This document shows positions 49,268-58,363 of a stretch of 64,000 bases of DNA, piece after piece. A program made the position numbers and the translations under genes. Location of the stretch: the NCBI GenBank assembly GCA_030748895.1, contig JASMLC010000006.1, positions 15,442-79,441 on the forward strand, in the 5' to 3' direction. The notes beneath the pieces were generated by a model that was not told the DNA's origin, made no database searches, and saw nothing but the letters and a program-made list of their open reading frames with translations. This DNA comes from Candidatus Poseidoniia archaeon (lineage in GTDB: Archaea > Thermoplasmatota > Poseidoniia > MGIII > CG-Epi1). Every line of letters begins with the position of its first letter. Positions within the stretch are counted from its first letter, which is position 1.

Positions 49268-49315
49268 CGGGCCGCCACTGCAGGGGCTGACAAATATGGC
49301 TACCCCTGCCCCCGC

Positions 49316-49872
49316 ATGCACATGGCGCGAGACGAGCCGGAGCTGGAGCGGGACGTGCAGCGCCACTCGACGCGTCTGTTGCCGCCCTACCGCTACCTCC
49401 CGGGGCTGCACCCACACCCGCAGGCAAACCCGCACGGCCACAGTTACGGCGCCGACGACGAGCCGCACCCGCCGTGGCGCCCGGGAGAGTGGCGCACACT
49501 CGACGGCTGGCGCCACGGTGTGGACCTCTGCAACGCGCATTATTACTGGGAATCGCACGAAGCGTGGGAAGCACTCTGGCTGGCCGCGCCGCGCCGCGCC
49601 GCAGCACACCACACCGATTCCTGCAGGGGCTCATCAAAGTCTCGGCAGCGCTGCTGAAGGTGCGGCTGGCGATGGTTACCGGGAAGGACATCGCCGACGC
49701 GCAGTCGCTCGCGCCGGCCGGGCTGGAGCTGCTCGCGTCGGTCGGTCGCGAGCGCTACATGGGACTCGCACTAGCCGAGCACATCGCGGCGTTGCGCGCA
49801 TACTTCGCGCCGCTCGAGCGCGACGAGCTGCCCAACATCCACGCCAGCCCGCTAATCCTGCTCGACGACTAA
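49316..49872 (+). pseudogene. DUF309-family gene interrupted by a frameshift within a (GCCGC)4 repeat (49583..49602)
   Basis: Frame 1 (track ORF 49148..49657) carries the DUF309 N-half ...YLPGLHPHP...CNAHYYWESHEAWEALWLAAPRR. The C-half ...PHRFLQGLIKVSAALLKV...LILLDD continues in frame 2 (track ORF 49474..49872). Removing one GCCGC unit fuses them into an uninterrupted DUF309 protein. Confidence 0.5.
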
Positions 49873-50757
49873 TTTCAGCGCTCCCGGCACCACCTGCACA
49901 TCCAGCCGCCGCACCCCGTCGCCGGGGAGGCAATAGAATTCGCCGTCGGCCTGGATGCAGAGGTCGCTCTCGCTCGCCAGCGCCAGCCGCGTGGTCGAGA
50001 CGAGCCGTACCGCCGGGCTGGCGAGATGCGTGCCGGTGAGCACCTGCGGCAGCAGCCCCAGCATCTGCAACCGGTCGACCTGACCAGCAATCAGGAAATC
50101 GAGGATACCATCATCCATCTGCGAGTCGGGCGTCGTCAGGAAGCCGCCCCCTTCGCGCGGGCCGTTGCCGACCACCAGCATCATCACACGATAAGCCGCG
50201 CGACCACCTTCCCAGCGCAGCGCCATGCGGGGCGCCGCGAAGTAGTAGAGAATCGTCCACAGCGTCGCAATCAGGTATTTCGGGAAGTCGCGCAGCAGCA
50301 CGTAGCGGCTCTGCATATTGACGGTCGCGTCAAAGCCGATTCCCGCTGTGTTGCAGATATACTCATCGCGCCCCGCGCCGCGCAAGTGCGCCAGGTCGAA
50401 ACGCTTGCGCGCGCTGCCGCGTAGCGCCGTCAGTGCGCGCTCGGCGCTCGGGGGTGCGCGTGAGCCGAAAACGAAATCGTTGCCGGTGCCGCTCGGAATG
50501 ACCGCCAGCGCCGGCCGGCTGGCGGCGGGGTGCCGCATCAGGCCATTGACGACTTCGTGCACCGTGCCGTCGCCACCGACCGCTACTACGATTTCGCAGC
50601 CGGTAGCGGCCGCCGCCAGCTCGGTGGCGTGGCCCGGCGCGTTGGTAACGAGCCACTCGCCGTCAAGGTCGGCCGCCTGCTGCCGCAAGTCTTCCAGCCG
50701 GCGACCAGTCTGGCCCATGCCGGAAGCGGGATTGACTATGAAGCAAATCGCAGCCAT
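49852..50757 (-). CDS. diacylglycerol-kinase catalytic-domain lipid kinase (YegS/BmrU family)
   Basis: 301 aa; VAVGGDGTVHEVVNG motif (DAGK_cat). Convergent 21-nt overlap with the DUF309 3' end. Confidence 0.7.
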   Translation of the reverse strand: MAAICFIVNPASGMGQTGRRLEDLRQQAADLDGEWLVTNAPGHATELAAAATGCEIVVAVGGDGTVHEVVNGLMRHPAASRPALAVIPSGTGNDFVFGSRAPPSAERALTALRGSARKRFDLAHLRGAGRDEYICNTAGIGFDATVNMQSRYVLLRDFPKYLIATLWTILYYFAAPRMALRWEGGRAAYRVMMLVVGNGPREGGGFLTTPDSQMDDGILDFLIAGQVDRLQMLGLLPQVLTGTHLASPAVRLVSTTRLALASESDLCIQADGEFYCLPGDGVRRLDVQVVPGALKLVVEQD

Positions 50758-50852
50758 CGGGCAGGCACCAGCCTGAAGCTTTATAATCAGGGGGCGGTCG
50801 GCGCGATGCGGGAATGTGGCTCCGGCTGAACCCGTGAAGCGAGGATATCGCG

Positions 50853-51473
50853 ATGTCGAAATCAGTATACTCCTACATTGGGGACGCGTGGAACCGCCCG
50901 GGGGATTCCATCAAGGCCATGCAGCGTGAGCGGCTGCTCACGTTCCGCCGCGAGCGAGCCGTCGAGCGCATCGAGCGACCGACCCGGCTCGACCGGGCGC
51001 GCAAGCTGGGCTTCCGCGCCAAGCAGGGCTTCGTGATGGCACGCGCACGCATCCGCCGCGGGAGCATGCGTAAGCCCGCCATCAAGGGCGGCCGCCGTGC
51101 CAAGCGCACCGGCATCACCAAGATTACCGTTTCCAAGTCGCTACAGTCGATTGCTGAGGAGCGGACTGCGCGCAAGTTCCCCAACCTTGAAGTGCTCAAC
51201 TCCTACTGGGTGGTCGAGGACGGCCGCTACAAGTGGTTCGAGATTATCATGGTCGACCCGCACCATCCGGTCATCATGGCCGACCCCAAGATTAACTGGA
51301 TTTGCGGTCGAGCGCACAAGGGCCGCGTCCATCGCAGCCTGACGTCCGCCGGCAAGAAGAGCCGCGGGCTGCGCCGCAAGGGCAAGGGTGCCGAGAAAGT
51401 GCGCCCCAGCCGCAAGAAGGCGCACGCACGCCGCAAGGCAAGCAGCACGCCGCACCCGCCACACAAGAGCTGA
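50853..51473 (+). CDS. rpl15e: 50S ribosomal protein L15e
   Basis: [19 protein letters not shown]... is the canonical L15e N-terminus. Basic C-terminus. TTTATAAT box about 70 nt upstream. Confidence 0.9.
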   Translation: MSKSVYSYIGDAWNRPGDSIKAMQRERLLTFRRERAVERIERPTRLDRARKLGFRAKQGFVMARARIRRGSMRKPAIKGGRRAKRTGITKITVSKSLQSIAEERTARKFPNLEVLNSYWVVEDGRYKWFEIIMVDPHHPVIMADPKINWICGRAHKGRVHRSLTSAGKKSRGLRRKGKGAEKVRPSRKKAHARRKASSTPHPPHKS

Positions 51474-51475
51474 AG

Positions 51476-52612
51476 ATGGAATACGGTCGCAAGAACCCGT
51501 TCCCCGCGACGATCAAGGAAGCCTGCACGCTAGCGCGCGACGACGTCAAGGAAACCAACCACTACGTCATCGACATTGCTGGCAGTGGGCTCGAATACAA
51601 GGCGGGCGATTCGCTCGGACTATTCCCACGCAACGACCCGGCACTAGTCGATGCACTGCTCGCGAAACTGGGCGCCAGCGGCGACGAGGTGGTCGAGCTG
51701 AAACGTAAAGGTGAATTTGCGTTTCGCGAAGCCCTGGAAAGCCATTTGACGATCCACCGCGCCAACCGCAAGTTCCTGAAGCCGCTGATGGCCAAGCTCC
51801 CGGCAGGCGACCAGCAGGGGCTCGAGCAGCTACTGGCGGACCGCACCGCGCTGGACCAGTACCTGAACGTCCGCGACTACATCGATATTCTCAACGAATA
51901 TCCGGGCGTGAGCTTCAGCGCACAGGAATTCGCCCACTCTGTGGGCGGCATCACTCCGCGACTCTACTCTATCGCTTCCGCTCCCGGCGCCCACCCGGGC
52001 GAGGTGCACCTGACCGTGGCTGTCGTGCGCTACCACAATTTCGAGCGCGACCGCGCCGGCCTTGCTACCGGCTACATCGCTGACCGCATCACCGTCGGCG
52101 AAACCGAAGTGCCGGTCTTCATCCAGCCGACGCGCGAGTTCGTCATCCCCGAGGACGCAAGCCGCGACGTCATCATGGTCGGCCCCGGCACCGGCATCGC
52201 GCCCTTCCGCGCCTTCCTTGAGCAGCGCGAACTCGACGGCGCGACCGGCCGCAACTGGCTCATCTTCGGCGAGTGGTTCGAGAAAACGACCTTCTTCTAC
52301 GAAGAGGAGTTCCGTGCCTGGCAGGAATCGGGCTTGTTAGCGCGGCTCGATACTGCCTTCTCGCGCGACCAGTCCGAGAAGATTTATGTCCAGCACCGTC
52401 TCCAGCAGGCGGGCGGCGAAATCTGGAAATGGCTCGAGGGCGGCGCGTACTTCTACGTCTGCGGCGACAAGGACTACATGGCCAAGGACGTCCATCAGGC
52501 GCTCATCGATATCGCACAGGAACATGGTGGCCTCTCCGAAGAAGAGGCGGAGCACTACGTCAACCGCACGCTAATGAAGGACGAGAAGCGCTACCTGCGC
52601 GACGTTTACTAA
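51476..52612 (+). CDS. FAD/NAD(P)H-binding oxidoreductase, sulfite-reductase flavoprotein (CysJ C-terminal / ferredoxin-NADP reductase-like) domain protein
   Basis: Track ORF 51302..52612 overlaps rpl15e. Start MEYGRKNPFP (ATG about 51476, 2 nt after the rpl15e stop). FAD motif RLYSIASAP and NADPH motif GPGTGIAPFRAF; C-terminal YVCGD...DVY. Confidence 0.75.
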   Translation: MEYGRKNPFPATIKEACTLARDDVKETNHYVIDIAGSGLEYKAGDSLGLFPRNDPALVDALLAKLGASGDEVVELKRKGEFAFREALESHLTIHRANRKFLKPLMAKLPAGDQQGLEQLLADRTALDQYLNVRDYIDILNEYPGVSFSAQEFAHSVGGITPRLYSIASAPGAHPGEVHLTVAVVRYHNFERDRAGLATGYIADRITVGETEVPVFIQPTREFVIPEDASRDVIMVGPGTGIAPFRAFLEQRELDGATGRNWLIFGEWFEKTTFFYEEEFRAWQESGLLARLDTAFSRDQSEKIYVQHRLQQAGGEIWKWLEGGAYFYVCGDKDYMAKDVHQALIDIAQEHGGLSEEEAEHYVNRTLMKDEKRYLRDVY

Positions 52613-55113
52613 TCCTTCTTTTTCTCGCCGATGACCTCGCCAGTCGTGGCGTCATAGGTTATGCCCGACTCCGCGTCGTAGCGGAACGTGGTTGCGCCCG
52701 GCTCCTGTCCCGGCGCGCTGCCCCCGGACTGGCGTCCGCGAGTGCCGGGGAGGAAATCGTCATCGCCGCGCAAACGGTAGTAGGCGAACATGCCTGCGCC
52801 AATAATAGCCAGCGTCGCCAGCGGCACCCATACAATGGGTTGCGTAATGAATGAGTCATCCTGGATTACCGGCGGAGTCGTCGGCGTGAATTCCTCGTTG
52901 GTGACGTTGATGACGCCCGTCGCGAAGTTGTCGTCCTCATCGGGCTCGTCATGGATGTTATCAGGGTCAATCCGCGCCTCGATAACATAGGGCCCGGTGC
53001 CGTTAGGAGTGCAGAAGAACTCGAGGTTATCCTCACCAGTAGCGCGCTCCAGTTCGCGCGTGCGCTGGAGGCCCGGCTCGCACTGCGTGCCGCTGCCGGT
53101 TACCACCACTTCAGCCCCCTCGAAGAGAATTTCCGGGCCAAAATTGAAGGCGTTAACGATGACGCGTACGGTCTCGTTCAGCTTGATTTTTTCGGGTAGC
53201 GGCTCTATCTCGAGCGAAAGCTGGTAGAAGATCTGCTTGAGGTAGAAACTGGTCGTATTGCGATTGTCGCTCAGGTTCAGGTCGGGGTAGGTACTGTCCA
53301 CAACCTCGACCTCGACGCTCAGATTGTGCCAGCCGAAACCGACGGTACTGTACCACCAGATTGAGACGACACGCGATTCATTGTAGGCCAGGTTAAATCC
53401 TTCGACGTAATAGAGTTCCTGCACCTGATTCGGGTCCTGGTATTCGGGTGCGGTGGCATTGTCGACAAAGAGCGAAAGGCGATAGTGCGGCACTTCCCCC
53501 AGCAGATTCTGTAGCTCAACCGTCAGCTCGACCCACTGTCCTTCGAAAGCTTCGCCAGAGTGGCTGATTGCACCCACTTGCACGTCATGCTGCGGGGCGG
53601 CAATCTCGACCCAGATGGAGTGGTAGTTGTTCGACTCATCAAGTTCCTCAACTGCTTTCTCTGGGTCGGCGTAGCCCATCACGGTTGGGTTGTGTTCGGA
53701 CCATACGTAATCGTACTCCAAATCTCGCAATTCTCCCTCCGTCAAAGTAATGTTCCAGCCGTTGACCAGCTCCCCGTCAACGCGCAATTCCACATAGGCA
53801 CCGGAGACCGTCTCCGCTCCTACGTTGATGACAGAAACAGTGATTATTGAAGGAATCCCGCGCACAGGCTCACCGGCGACCGCGACCGCCGTGACCTCTA
53901 GGTCGGGCTGTGGCTCATGAACAATCACGTTGAAGAAGCGGCGATTGTCATCCTCATTCCATTCCCCGATGGCGTTCAGCGGGTCAACCTCGACGATAAT
54001 GGTGTGGTTGCCCAAGATTGAAGTGCCGCTGTCAAGGTCCCAGGTAATCCACGCCAGTGCCTCACCAGGGACGTAGACGACACCTTGCCTAGTGCCATTC
54101 TCGAGATTCCCGATTATGAAATCAGCAATTTCGCTGGCACTGCCGCCCTCGGGTTGATCCCAGAAACGGACCCTTACGTCCGAGGCGGGCTCGACACTGT
54201 CATTGTTGTAGACCAGAACCGAGAGATTAATTGCGTGGTTCTGGAACGGCAGCTCCAGCCATTCATCCAGTGGGTCGGCTACCAGTCCCCGATTGACGCT
54301 GACCGTAAGCTCGGGTGTATGGGGATGAACAAAAATAAATTCGTCAAAGACGTTGTTATCCTCGTTGGTCTCCTCAATATCATCATCTGAATCCAGAGTA
54401 ATGCGAAGTGTGTGGTCGCCCTCTGCACCGGGTTGCCAAGTAATATTGACCTGCGCCGCACTACCATCCCGAACATTGCGTACTTCCAGTGTTTCTATTT
54501 CGGTTATATTACCATCAAGAATATCTTGGAAGAGGACATAGAACAAAGGTGCTGAAGCACGCCCTGAATTCTGGAACAGGACGACCACATCGGCAATGTC
54601 TCCAACGGCAGGATCTGGAGGTGAAAGAATTACGGTTGTACCCTCAATAAATTCCAAATCCGCTGTAGGCTCACCAAATACATGGAACTCGTAGTAAAGC
54701 ACGTTGTTATTCTCGTCAGTCTCATCAATATCATCCATGTAGTCAATAAGCACAGAGAAAATCCGGTCCCCCTCAGCGTGGTCTGTCCAATCAAATTCAA
54801 TCAACACGGCCTTGTCTGCACCAATTGCACCTATCGTCACATCGTGGACTACATCACACTGCATGTCACCCGGCGCACACTCGTCTGTATGATTCATTAC
54901 CAGGACTGTGACATCGACAGCAGCTTCAAGGCCATTATTGCGCACCTCGAATGAACCCTGGAAGCCCTCATGCGCCACCGGGTCCTCGGGGTCGAGGTTC
55001 ATGTTGAGGGGCTCGACATCAACGTCGAGCGCCGTCACCGGCGACGCCAGCAGGAGCAGCGCCAGCGCCGAAAGCAGCAGGCCAGCCAAGGTCTGGAGCA
55101 GAATTCTTCGCAT
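52609..55113 (-). CDS. secreted multi-CARDB-domain surface protein with C-terminal TM anchor
   Basis: Track ORF to 55530. Probable start MRRILLQTLAGLLLSALALLLLASPVTA (signal; ATG about 55113). At least five CARDB-like units ending in the acidic-Asn motif (ETDENNNV, ETNEDNNV, EWNEDDNR, ELDESNNY, PDEDDNFA). C-terminal TM IVWVPLATLAIIGAGMFAYY plus cytoplasmic tail. Confidence 0.7.
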   Translation of the reverse strand: MRRILLQTLAGLLLSALALLLLASPVTALDVDVEPLNMNLDPEDPVAHEGFQGSFEVRNNGLEAAVDVTVLVMNHTDECAPGDMQCDVVHDVTIGAIGADKAVLIEFDWTDHAEGDRIFSVLIDYMDDIDETDENNNVLYYEFHVFGEPTADLEFIEGTTVILSPPDPAVGDIADVVVLFQNSGRASAPLFYVLFQDILDGNITEIETLEVRNVRDGSAAQVNITWQPGAEGDHTLRITLDSDDDIEETNEDNNVFDEFIFVHPHTPELTVSVNRGLVADPLDEWLELPFQNHAINLSVLVYNNDSVEPASDVRVRFWDQPEGGSASEIADFIIGNLENGTRQGVVYVPGEALAWITWDLDSGTSILGNHTIIVEVDPLNAIGEWNEDDNRRFFNVIVHEPQPDLEVTAVAVAGEPVRGIPSIITVSVINVGAETVSGAYVELRVDGELVNGWNITLTEGELRDLEYDYVWSEHNPTVMGYADPEKAVEELDESNNYHSIWVEIAAPQHDVQVGAISHSGEAFEGQWVELTVELQNLLGEVPHYRLSLFVDNATAPEYQDPNQVQELYYVEGFNLAYNESRVVSIWWYSTVGFGWHNLSVEVEVVDSTYPDLNLSDNRNTTSFYLKQIFYQLSLEIEPLPEKIKLNETVRVIVNAFNFGPEILFEGAEVVVTGSGTQCEPGLQRTRELERATGEDNLEFFCTPNGTGPYVIEARIDPDNIHDEPDEDDNFATGVINVTNEEFTPTTPPVIQDDSFITQPIVWVPLATLAIIGAGMFAYYRLRGDDDFLPGTRGRQSGGSAPGQEPGATTFRYDAESGITYDATTGEVIGEKKKD

Positions 55114-55191
55114 ACGCCCGCACCCTCCATGCCGGGGTGATAAAGGTTTCTGATGAGCGGAGGCCTTTAAGAAGCGCAGCAGTGCGCCCGC

Positions 55192-56526
55192 GTGGACCCC
55201 ACCTGCGTACTCGACTACCGCTACGGGCGCGACGCGATGCGCGCCATCTTCGGCGCCGACGCATACCTGCGAGCATTGCTCGAGGTCGAAGCAACCCTCG
55301 CTGAGGAGCAGGAAGCGCTGGGGCTGATTCCAGAAAGGCATGGAGCGGAAATCCGCAAGGCGATTCCCAAAGTCAGTCGCGACCGCGTCGAAGCTATCGA
55401 GGCGGAAATCCGGCACGACATCATGGCAGTCGCGAAAGCCCTCGCAGAGCAAGCGGGCGACGCAGGCAGGTCGGTGCACTTCGGCGTGACCAGTTACGAC
55501 ATCGTCGATACGGCCCGCGCGTTGCAGCATCGCGACGCGCTGGCACTAGTCGCTGACGGAGTTGACGCGCTCATCGCCGCGCTGGCGGGACAGGCGCGCG
55601 AGCACCGCGATCTGGTGATGCTGGGGCGGACCCACGGCCAGTGGGCGACGCCGGTCACCTTCGGGCTGAAGATGGCGGTCTTCACCGCCGAGGCGGCCCG
55701 GCAGCGCGAGCGACTGGCCGAGCTACGACCGCGGCTCGAGACCGGAAAGCTGCTCGGCGCGACCGGCAGCGGCGCCGCACTGCACCCGCACACACTCGAG
55801 CTGCAGGACCGAGTTATGGCGCGGCTCTCACTCAACACGCCGCTGGCGACAACGCAAATCCTGGGGCGCGACCGGCTGGCGGAGCTGGTGCAGTGGGGCG
55901 GCAACCTGGCGACCAGTATCGAGAAATTCACGCTTGAAATCCGGAACCTGCAGCGCAGCGACATTGGCGAAGCGGCCGAGGCGTTCGACGCCGCGAAGCA
56001 AGTCGGCTCGTCAACCATGGCGCAGAAGCAGAATCCGATTGCGAGCGAAAATCTGGGCGGGCTGGCGCGGATGGTGCGGTCTTTCGCGGCGCCGGCGCTG
56101 GAGAACAACTTGCAGTGGCACGAGCGCGACCTGGCCAACTCGAGCAGCGAGCGAATGCTGCTGCCCCATTTTTATATACTTATCGACGAGATGCTCTGTA
56201 AGGCAGTGGAGGTCTTCCACAACGTGCAGCCCAACCCGGAGCGCATCGCCGCCAACCTTGCCGCCGCGGGCGGGCTGCCGCTGGCCGAGGCGGTGCTTCT
56301 GGCGCTGACCCGCAAGGGGATGGACCGGCAGGCAGCGCACGAACTGGTGCGGCAAGTTTCCATGCAGGCCGCGACTGGCAAGGCCAGCTTCCGCGACCTG
56401 CTGCTGGCCGAAGGCAAAATCGCGAAGCTCATGACTGCTGCTGAAATCGACGCGGCGCTCAACCCCGTCAACTACGTGGGCCACGCTGGCGAGATTGTTG
56501 ACCGCGTGCTCGCTTCGCTGGCGTGA
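55192..56526 (+). CDS. purB: adenylosuccinate lyase
   Basis: 444 aa; fumarate-lyase family signature GSSTMAQKQNP. Confidence 0.9.
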   Translation: MDPTCVLDYRYGRDAMRAIFGADAYLRALLEVEATLAEEQEALGLIPERHGAEIRKAIPKVSRDRVEAIEAEIRHDIMAVAKALAEQAGDAGRSVHFGVTSYDIVDTARALQHRDALALVADGVDALIAALAGQAREHRDLVMLGRTHGQWATPVTFGLKMAVFTAEAARQRERLAELRPRLETGKLLGATGSGAALHPHTLELQDRVMARLSLNTPLATTQILGRDRLAELVQWGGNLATSIEKFTLEIRNLQRSDIGEAAEAFDAAKQVGSSTMAQKQNPIASENLGGLARMVRSFAAPALENNLQWHERDLANSSSERMLLPHFYILIDEMLCKAVEVFHNVQPNPERIAANLAAAGGLPLAEAVLLALTRKGMDRQAAHELVRQVSMQAATGKASFRDLLLAEGKIAKLMTAAEIDAALNPVNYVGHAGEIVDRVLASLA

Positions 56527-57461
56527 GCCTGTTCCTGCTGCGCTACGGCGAGCTGGGGCTCAAGGCGCCCGGAACGCGCCGGCGCTATGAGCAGAAGCTG
56601 GCTGACAACCTGCTCCAGCGGCTGGCGCTGGCCGGCATTGAGGCGCGCATCGAGCGCATGCGCGGACGCTTTTTCGCGCACATCGCCGAGGGCGGCGCAG
56701 CGCCTGTTGGGGCCGCGACTGCGGCATCGCCTGACGGGGATTCTGTAGCCGGCGTGCTGGCGCGCACCTTCGGGATTGTCTCGCTCTCACCGGTGGAAGA
56801 GCTACCGGCCGAGCTGGAGCTGCTCGGGGAGGCGGCGGCCGAATGGGGCGCTGCGTTGCCAGAAGGCAGCAGCTTCGCGATTCGCCCGCGGCGCACCGGC
56901 TCACACTCGTTCACGTCGCAGCAGTTGGGCGCCGACCTTGGCGCGGCGGTGCTGGCAGTGCGGCCCGACCTGAGGGTCAACCTTTCGAAGCCCGAGCATG
57001 CGCTGCACGCCGAGGTGCGCGACAAGCGCGCGTTCCTGTTCCGCAAGGTGCTGCCGGCCATCGGCGGATTGCCGCTGCACACGCAGGGCAAGGTGCTGGT
57101 CCACGCCGAAAACTGGCGCGACCTGGTTGCAGGCTGGCTGCTCGCCAAACGCGGCTGCACGCTCGAACTGGTTGAGCAAGCCCCATTGCCGCAGCCGGAG
57201 CGAACGGCGCTGGAGCGCTGGCATCCGCGATTGCGCAGCCATCCCGCCACGGCACTGGAGGAGCTGCCGCAACTGGCGCAGCGCCGCAAGGCGCTCGGTA
57301 TCGTCGTCGGCTGGGACGCGCAGCGCATGGTCGCACCACCGGCCGGAATGACCTGGCATGCGCCGCTGCTGGCACTGCCGTCGGAGCGCGTGGCAGTGCT
57401 GCGCGAAATCCTGCTCGAGCAGCGCGACCCGGAAGGCCCGTCAGGCAAGGCGCCGGCATGA
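56523..57461 (+). CDS. THUMP-domain, ThiI-like protein lacking the PP-loop (SGGxDS) motif
   Basis: 312 aa; N-terminal ferredoxin-like plus THUMP region resembling ThiI (LLRYGELGLKAPGTRRRYEQKL..., ...IRPRRTGSHSFTSQQLGADLGAAV..., NLSKPEHALHAEVRDKRAFLF). Where ThiI has GK.L.LLSGGIDS this protein has GKVLVHAENWRDL. C-terminal region shorter than the ThiI AANH domain. Confidence 0.5.
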   Translation: MSLFLLRYGELGLKAPGTRRRYEQKLADNLLQRLALAGIEARIERMRGRFFAHIAEGGAAPVGAATAASPDGDSVAGVLARTFGIVSLSPVEELPAELELLGEAAAEWGAALPEGSSFAIRPRRTGSHSFTSQQLGADLGAAVLAVRPDLRVNLSKPEHALHAEVRDKRAFLFRKVLPAIGGLPLHTQGKVLVHAENWRDLVAGWLLAKRGCTLELVEQAPLPQPERTALERWHPRLRSHPATALEELPQLAQRRKALGIVVGWDAQRMVAPPAGMTWHAPLLALPSERVAVLREILLEQRDPEGPSGKAPA

Positions 57462-58339
57462 AGACAGCCTTGCTCGGCGCCGGCGCGCTCGGCTCGGTGC
57501 TGGCGGCGCGGTTGGCGCAGGGCGGCAGCGAGGTCGTGCTCATCGCAGAAGGCGCCCGCGCCGAGCGGCTGCGCCGCGGGCTGCGAGTGGAGGGGTTGAC
57601 GCGGTTCCACGCGACGCTGTCGGTGCAGCCGACACCCGAAGGCTGCGACTGGCTGCTGCTCTGCACCAAGTCGTGGCAACTGGAGCCGCTGCTGCCCCGG
57701 CTGGCAGAGTGGGGCGTCCCGGTGGTCGCGTGCCAGAACGGGCTGCTCGCCGTGGAAATGCTGGCCGATGCCCTGGGCGCCGAAAACGTGGCGGGGTTCG
57801 TGACCGGACTCGGCGCTGCGCGGCAGCCCGACGGCAGCGTGATGCATGCTGGCGACGGCTACGCGGTGCTGGGCGCAACGGTCGGCGCGCCGACCGCTGC
57901 GCTACGGCAGTTGCACGACGCCTTCAGCGCGGGCGGGATTGAGGCTACCCTGACGAGCGATTTGCCGGGCGAACTGTGGCTCAAGGCCATAGCGAACAAC
58001 GCCATCAATCCGGTCGCCGCGCTGGCGGGCGTCCCGAACGGCGCGCTCCGCGAGGGCGCACTTCGCGAGCAGGCGCGGGCAGCCTGCCGCGAAGGGGCAG
58101 CTGTCGCCGCAACACTCGAAATCACGTTGCCGGGCGACGCATGGGCACGCGCGCTGGAAATCATGGAGCGCACCGCTGCGAACAGGTGCAGCATGCTGCA
58201 GGACCTGGAGGCGGGGCGTCGCACCGAAATCGAGGCGATTACCGGTGCCATCGTGCAGCGCGGCCGCCGGGCGGGCATCGCGACGCCCGTCAGCGAAGCG
58301 TTGCTGCACGCCGTCCGCGAGCGCGAAGTGTACTTCTGA
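57458..58339 (+). CDS. panE: 2-dehydropantoate 2-reductase (ketopantoate reductase)
   Basis: 293 aa; N-terminal GAGALG Rossmann motif and C-terminal NRCSMLQDLEAGRRTEIEAITG motif of ApbA/PanE. Confidence 0.8.
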   Translation: MKTALLGAGALGSVLAARLAQGGSEVVLIAEGARAERLRRGLRVEGLTRFHATLSVQPTPEGCDWLLLCTKSWQLEPLLPRLAEWGVPVVACQNGLLAVEMLADALGAENVAGFVTGLGAARQPDGSVMHAGDGYAVLGATVGAPTAALRQLHDAFSAGGIEATLTSDLPGELWLKAIANNAINPVAALAGVPNGALREGALREQARAACREGAAVAATLEITLPGDAWARALEIMERTAANRCSMLQDLEAGRRTEIEAITGAIVQRGRRAGIATPVSEALLHAVREREVYF

Positions 58340-58363
58340 AACGGGCGACCGCAAACTACTTTT

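Noticed and set aside
55114-55530. 139-codon N-terminal extension of the CARDB protein ORF (track start 55530); similar upstream extensions for nnr (to 46727), pyrE (to 49612), FNR-like (from 51302), Trx-Ig protein (from 42472), giant gene 2 (to 34061)
   Set aside because: The extensions overlap neighbouring genes, are Arg-rich and low-complexity, and precede obvious signal peptides or conserved N-termini. Internal ATGs with TATA boxes or tight operon spacing fit better.
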